Source of the DNA: Pyrobaculum sp.
Lineage (GTDB): Archaea > Thermoproteota > Thermoprotei > Thermoproteales > Thermoproteaceae
Reading direction: 5' to 3'
Assembly (NCBI GenBank): GCA_032249215.1
Contig: JAVVGH010000006.1
Span: forward strand, 1 to 17,899
DNA length: 17,899 nt
Shown: positions 16,503 through 17,899 of the stretch, in pieces
How the letters are laid out: every line of letters begins with the position of its first letter
How positions within the stretch are numbered: the first letter of the stretch is position 1
Notes under the pieces: generated by a model
Databases searched by the model: none
The model's input: the letters and a program-made list of their open reading frames with translations, nothing else
What the model was told of the DNA's origin: nothing
Made by a program: the position numbers and the translations under genes

Positions 16503-17524
16503 TTAAGCATGTTCATCAACTCATCGCCCTCGATAAAGCCTCCCCTTTGCAACACCTCTTCAAGAATTTTATCCATCTCCTCCTTCCTAATATCACACCT
16601 CAGTAGCACAGGTTTTCTAACCCCCTCACCGGTTATCGTGAGTTCAATACTATAATCAACAGAAAGCGAAATTGAAGACATGTCTACTAATGGTAGTCTA
16701 ATTCGGGAACCAGTTCGATGGAAGGTGATTGTGCGGCCATCGTATTCCAAGAAAACTGTACTTACCCTAACTCCCGGTGGAATGGTGTTCCAAGAAGCTA
16801 TAACGGTATCTGAAAGACCTATAATTTCACGAAAACCGGATTGCTGGTTTGAGCTCACCATAATGCTCATCGCTACTGCGGCGTCGCGTATGCCTACCGG
16901 TCCCTCGTTTTTCACTAAGATATCAATGACTAAGGTGCGGATTGAAGCTTCAGTTTTCGTTGCCAATATCGCTCTAAGCTTAACTGAAAGTGAAGACCTT
17001 TTGAAGTGGTAATCATACTGAATTGTAAAAGCGGCAGCTATCAACGCCCCGGCGATTGTCAACATTGGTTGAATGATGACGTTGGCGTACCTAGCTACCA
17101 TATAAATCCAGCCGAAATTAGGGGAGTCGCCAGCTATAGAGACTGTGATGAAAAGAAAGATTCCAATAAACAGCGCAATGTTACCAAATTTCATTAACAA
17201 CAGCCCAGGGCCCTTTGTAAGGAAATCCCAGTATCTATAATTGTGTTTTAGTGACCTGATGAAGCTACCAACAAATATAAAGTAAAAACCAAGAGTCAAC
17301 AAGAGTGAAACTATACGATTCAACTCATCCGACGATACAGAGGGAGACGACCAGATTGCATAAAGAAAAGATTGTAATAACAAGTAAAAACCAAGTAATA
17401 TTAGTAACAGTGAGAAATCCTGTCCAACCATTCTCCGAAGCTCTTTAACTTTCCCTATGATACGTCGCATAAACATTCCTATTTTTGCGGCTTTCTTTGC
17501 TAGAGACCAATAACGGCGCCTCAT
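16484..17524 (-). CDS. orphan membrane protein (4-5 N-terminal TM helices plus a beta-rich C-terminal domain of about 170 aa)
   Basis: 346-aa ORF at about 40% GC inside a roughly 60% GC region. CTTATATT (complement of 17545..17552) lies about 24 nt upstream of the ATG. TM segments include FSLLLILLGFYLLLQSFLYAIW, IVSLLLTLGFYFIFVGSFI, IALFIGIFLFITVSIA and IIQPMLTIAGALIAAAFTI. No family was recognised. Confidence 0.65.
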   Translation of the reverse strand: MRRRYWSLAKKAAKIGMFMRRIIGKVKELRRMVGQDFSLLLILLGFYLLLQSFLYAIWSSPSVSSDELNRIVSLLLTLGFYFIFVGSFIRSLKHNYRYWDFLTKGPGLLLMKFGNIALFIGIFLFITVSIAGDSPNFGWIYMVARYANVIIQPMLTIAGALIAAAFTIQYDYHFKRSSLSVKLRAILATKTEASIRTLVIDILVKNEGPVGIRDAAVAMSIMVSSNQQSGFREIIGLSDTVIASWNTIPPGVRVSTVFLEYDGRTITFHRTGSRIRLPLVDMSSISLSVDYSIELTITGEGVRKPVLLRCDIRKEEMDKILEEVLQRGGFIEGDELMNMLKCTQIS

Positions 17525-17544
17525 TGACTCTGTTTCTGCATTTC

Positions 17545-17552
17545 AATATAAG
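17545..17552 (-). promoter_or_regulatory. TATA-like box for the orphan membrane protein gene
   Basis: CTTATATT on the minus strand, centred about 24 nt upstream of ATG 17524. Confidence 0.4.
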
Positions 17553-17554
17553 TT

Positions 17555-17899
17555 CTATAGTATTAATACAAGTATAGAGAGATCGCTGAATGTAACTTGC
17601 CCAAGCCGCGGTGACCCACGTGGGTACCTCCTTACAATTTCAACCATGAAGGCCGTGGTGTGCGTCCGCTTGAGGACAGCCTCAGACACGGCGTCCTCGT
17701 GCTCCTTGCCGTCTTTCCCGCGGAAGATTACGGCGGTCTGCTACGTGTGGGGGTCGCCCCAGAGATCCAGCTGGAAGCCCGTTGGTCCCAGCGCCTCGTT
17801 CGTCGCACTTAGGGCCGCGTCCAGCGCGTCGTATGCAGGCAGGACCTCCTCCACAAAACGAAAAACGTGTATCAGAAGCGATACGAAGGTGAGTATCAT
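17555..17899 (-). pseudogene. ORF interrupted by an in-frame TAG (possible pseudogene; may extend beyond the window)
   Basis: Hand translation from 17899 gives MILTFVSLLIHVFRFVEEVLPAYDALDAALSATNEALGPTGFQLDLWGDPHT, then TAG (17741..17743). The same frame continues QTAVIFRGKDGKEHEDAVSEAVLKRTHTTAFMVEIVRRYPRGSPRLGQVTF... to a stop at 17555..17557. The ATG at the window edge may be coincidental. Confidence 0.3.
17590..17607. repeat. right copy of the split direct repeat (ATGTAAC-N3-CCCAAGCC)
   Basis: ATGTAAC at 17590..17596 and CCCAAGCC at 17600..17607, located at the right GC-content transition. Confidence 0.4.

Noticed and set aside
17614-17625. Perfect 12-bp palindrome ACCCACGTGGGT
   Set aside because: It is a single occurrence inside the interrupted ORF with no partner site or adjacent gene start. 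It cannot be distinguished from chance or a restriction-type site.

Overview
GC-rich (about 60%) archaeal chromosomal segment. The protein sequences, dense packing, frequent GTG starts and TATA boxes about 25 nt upstream of start codons (leaderless geometry) point to a Thermoproteales crenarchaeon, Pyrobaculum/Thermoproteus-like; this assignment is inference. Contents from left to right: (1) a haloacid-dehalogenase-like HAD hydrolase. (2) An envelope/export cluster: a small wHTH protein and an MMPL/RND-type exporter, divergent from a translationally coupled MacB/FtsX-type ABC permease, ABC ATPase and a 612-aa membrane-anchored, sequon-rich coiled-coil glycoprotein. (3) A large multi-cluster radical SAM enzyme that I read as the tetraether lipid synthase (Tes/GDGT-MAS) homologue, divergent from a TrmB-family regulator. 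(4) The complete crenactin/arcadin archaeal actin cytoskeleton cluster: arcadin-1, crenactin, arcadin-2, a 56-aa arcadin-3 candidate absent from the ORF track, and the Rad50/SMC-like arcadin-4. (5) A nitroreductase. (6) An anomalous right end: about 400 bp of C-rich, G-poor DNA with no credible ORF, then a roughly 1.27-kb low-GC (about 40%) cassette encoding an orphan 346-aa membrane protein and bracketed by a split direct repeat, then an ORF interrupted by an in-frame TAG. I also see one candidate C/D box sRNA between the TrmB-like gene and arcadin-4. No tRNA, rRNA or CRISPR array was seen. The most unexplained parts are the low-GC cassette and the MMPL/ABC/glycoprotein cluster. The crenactin cluster and Tes belong to described families.
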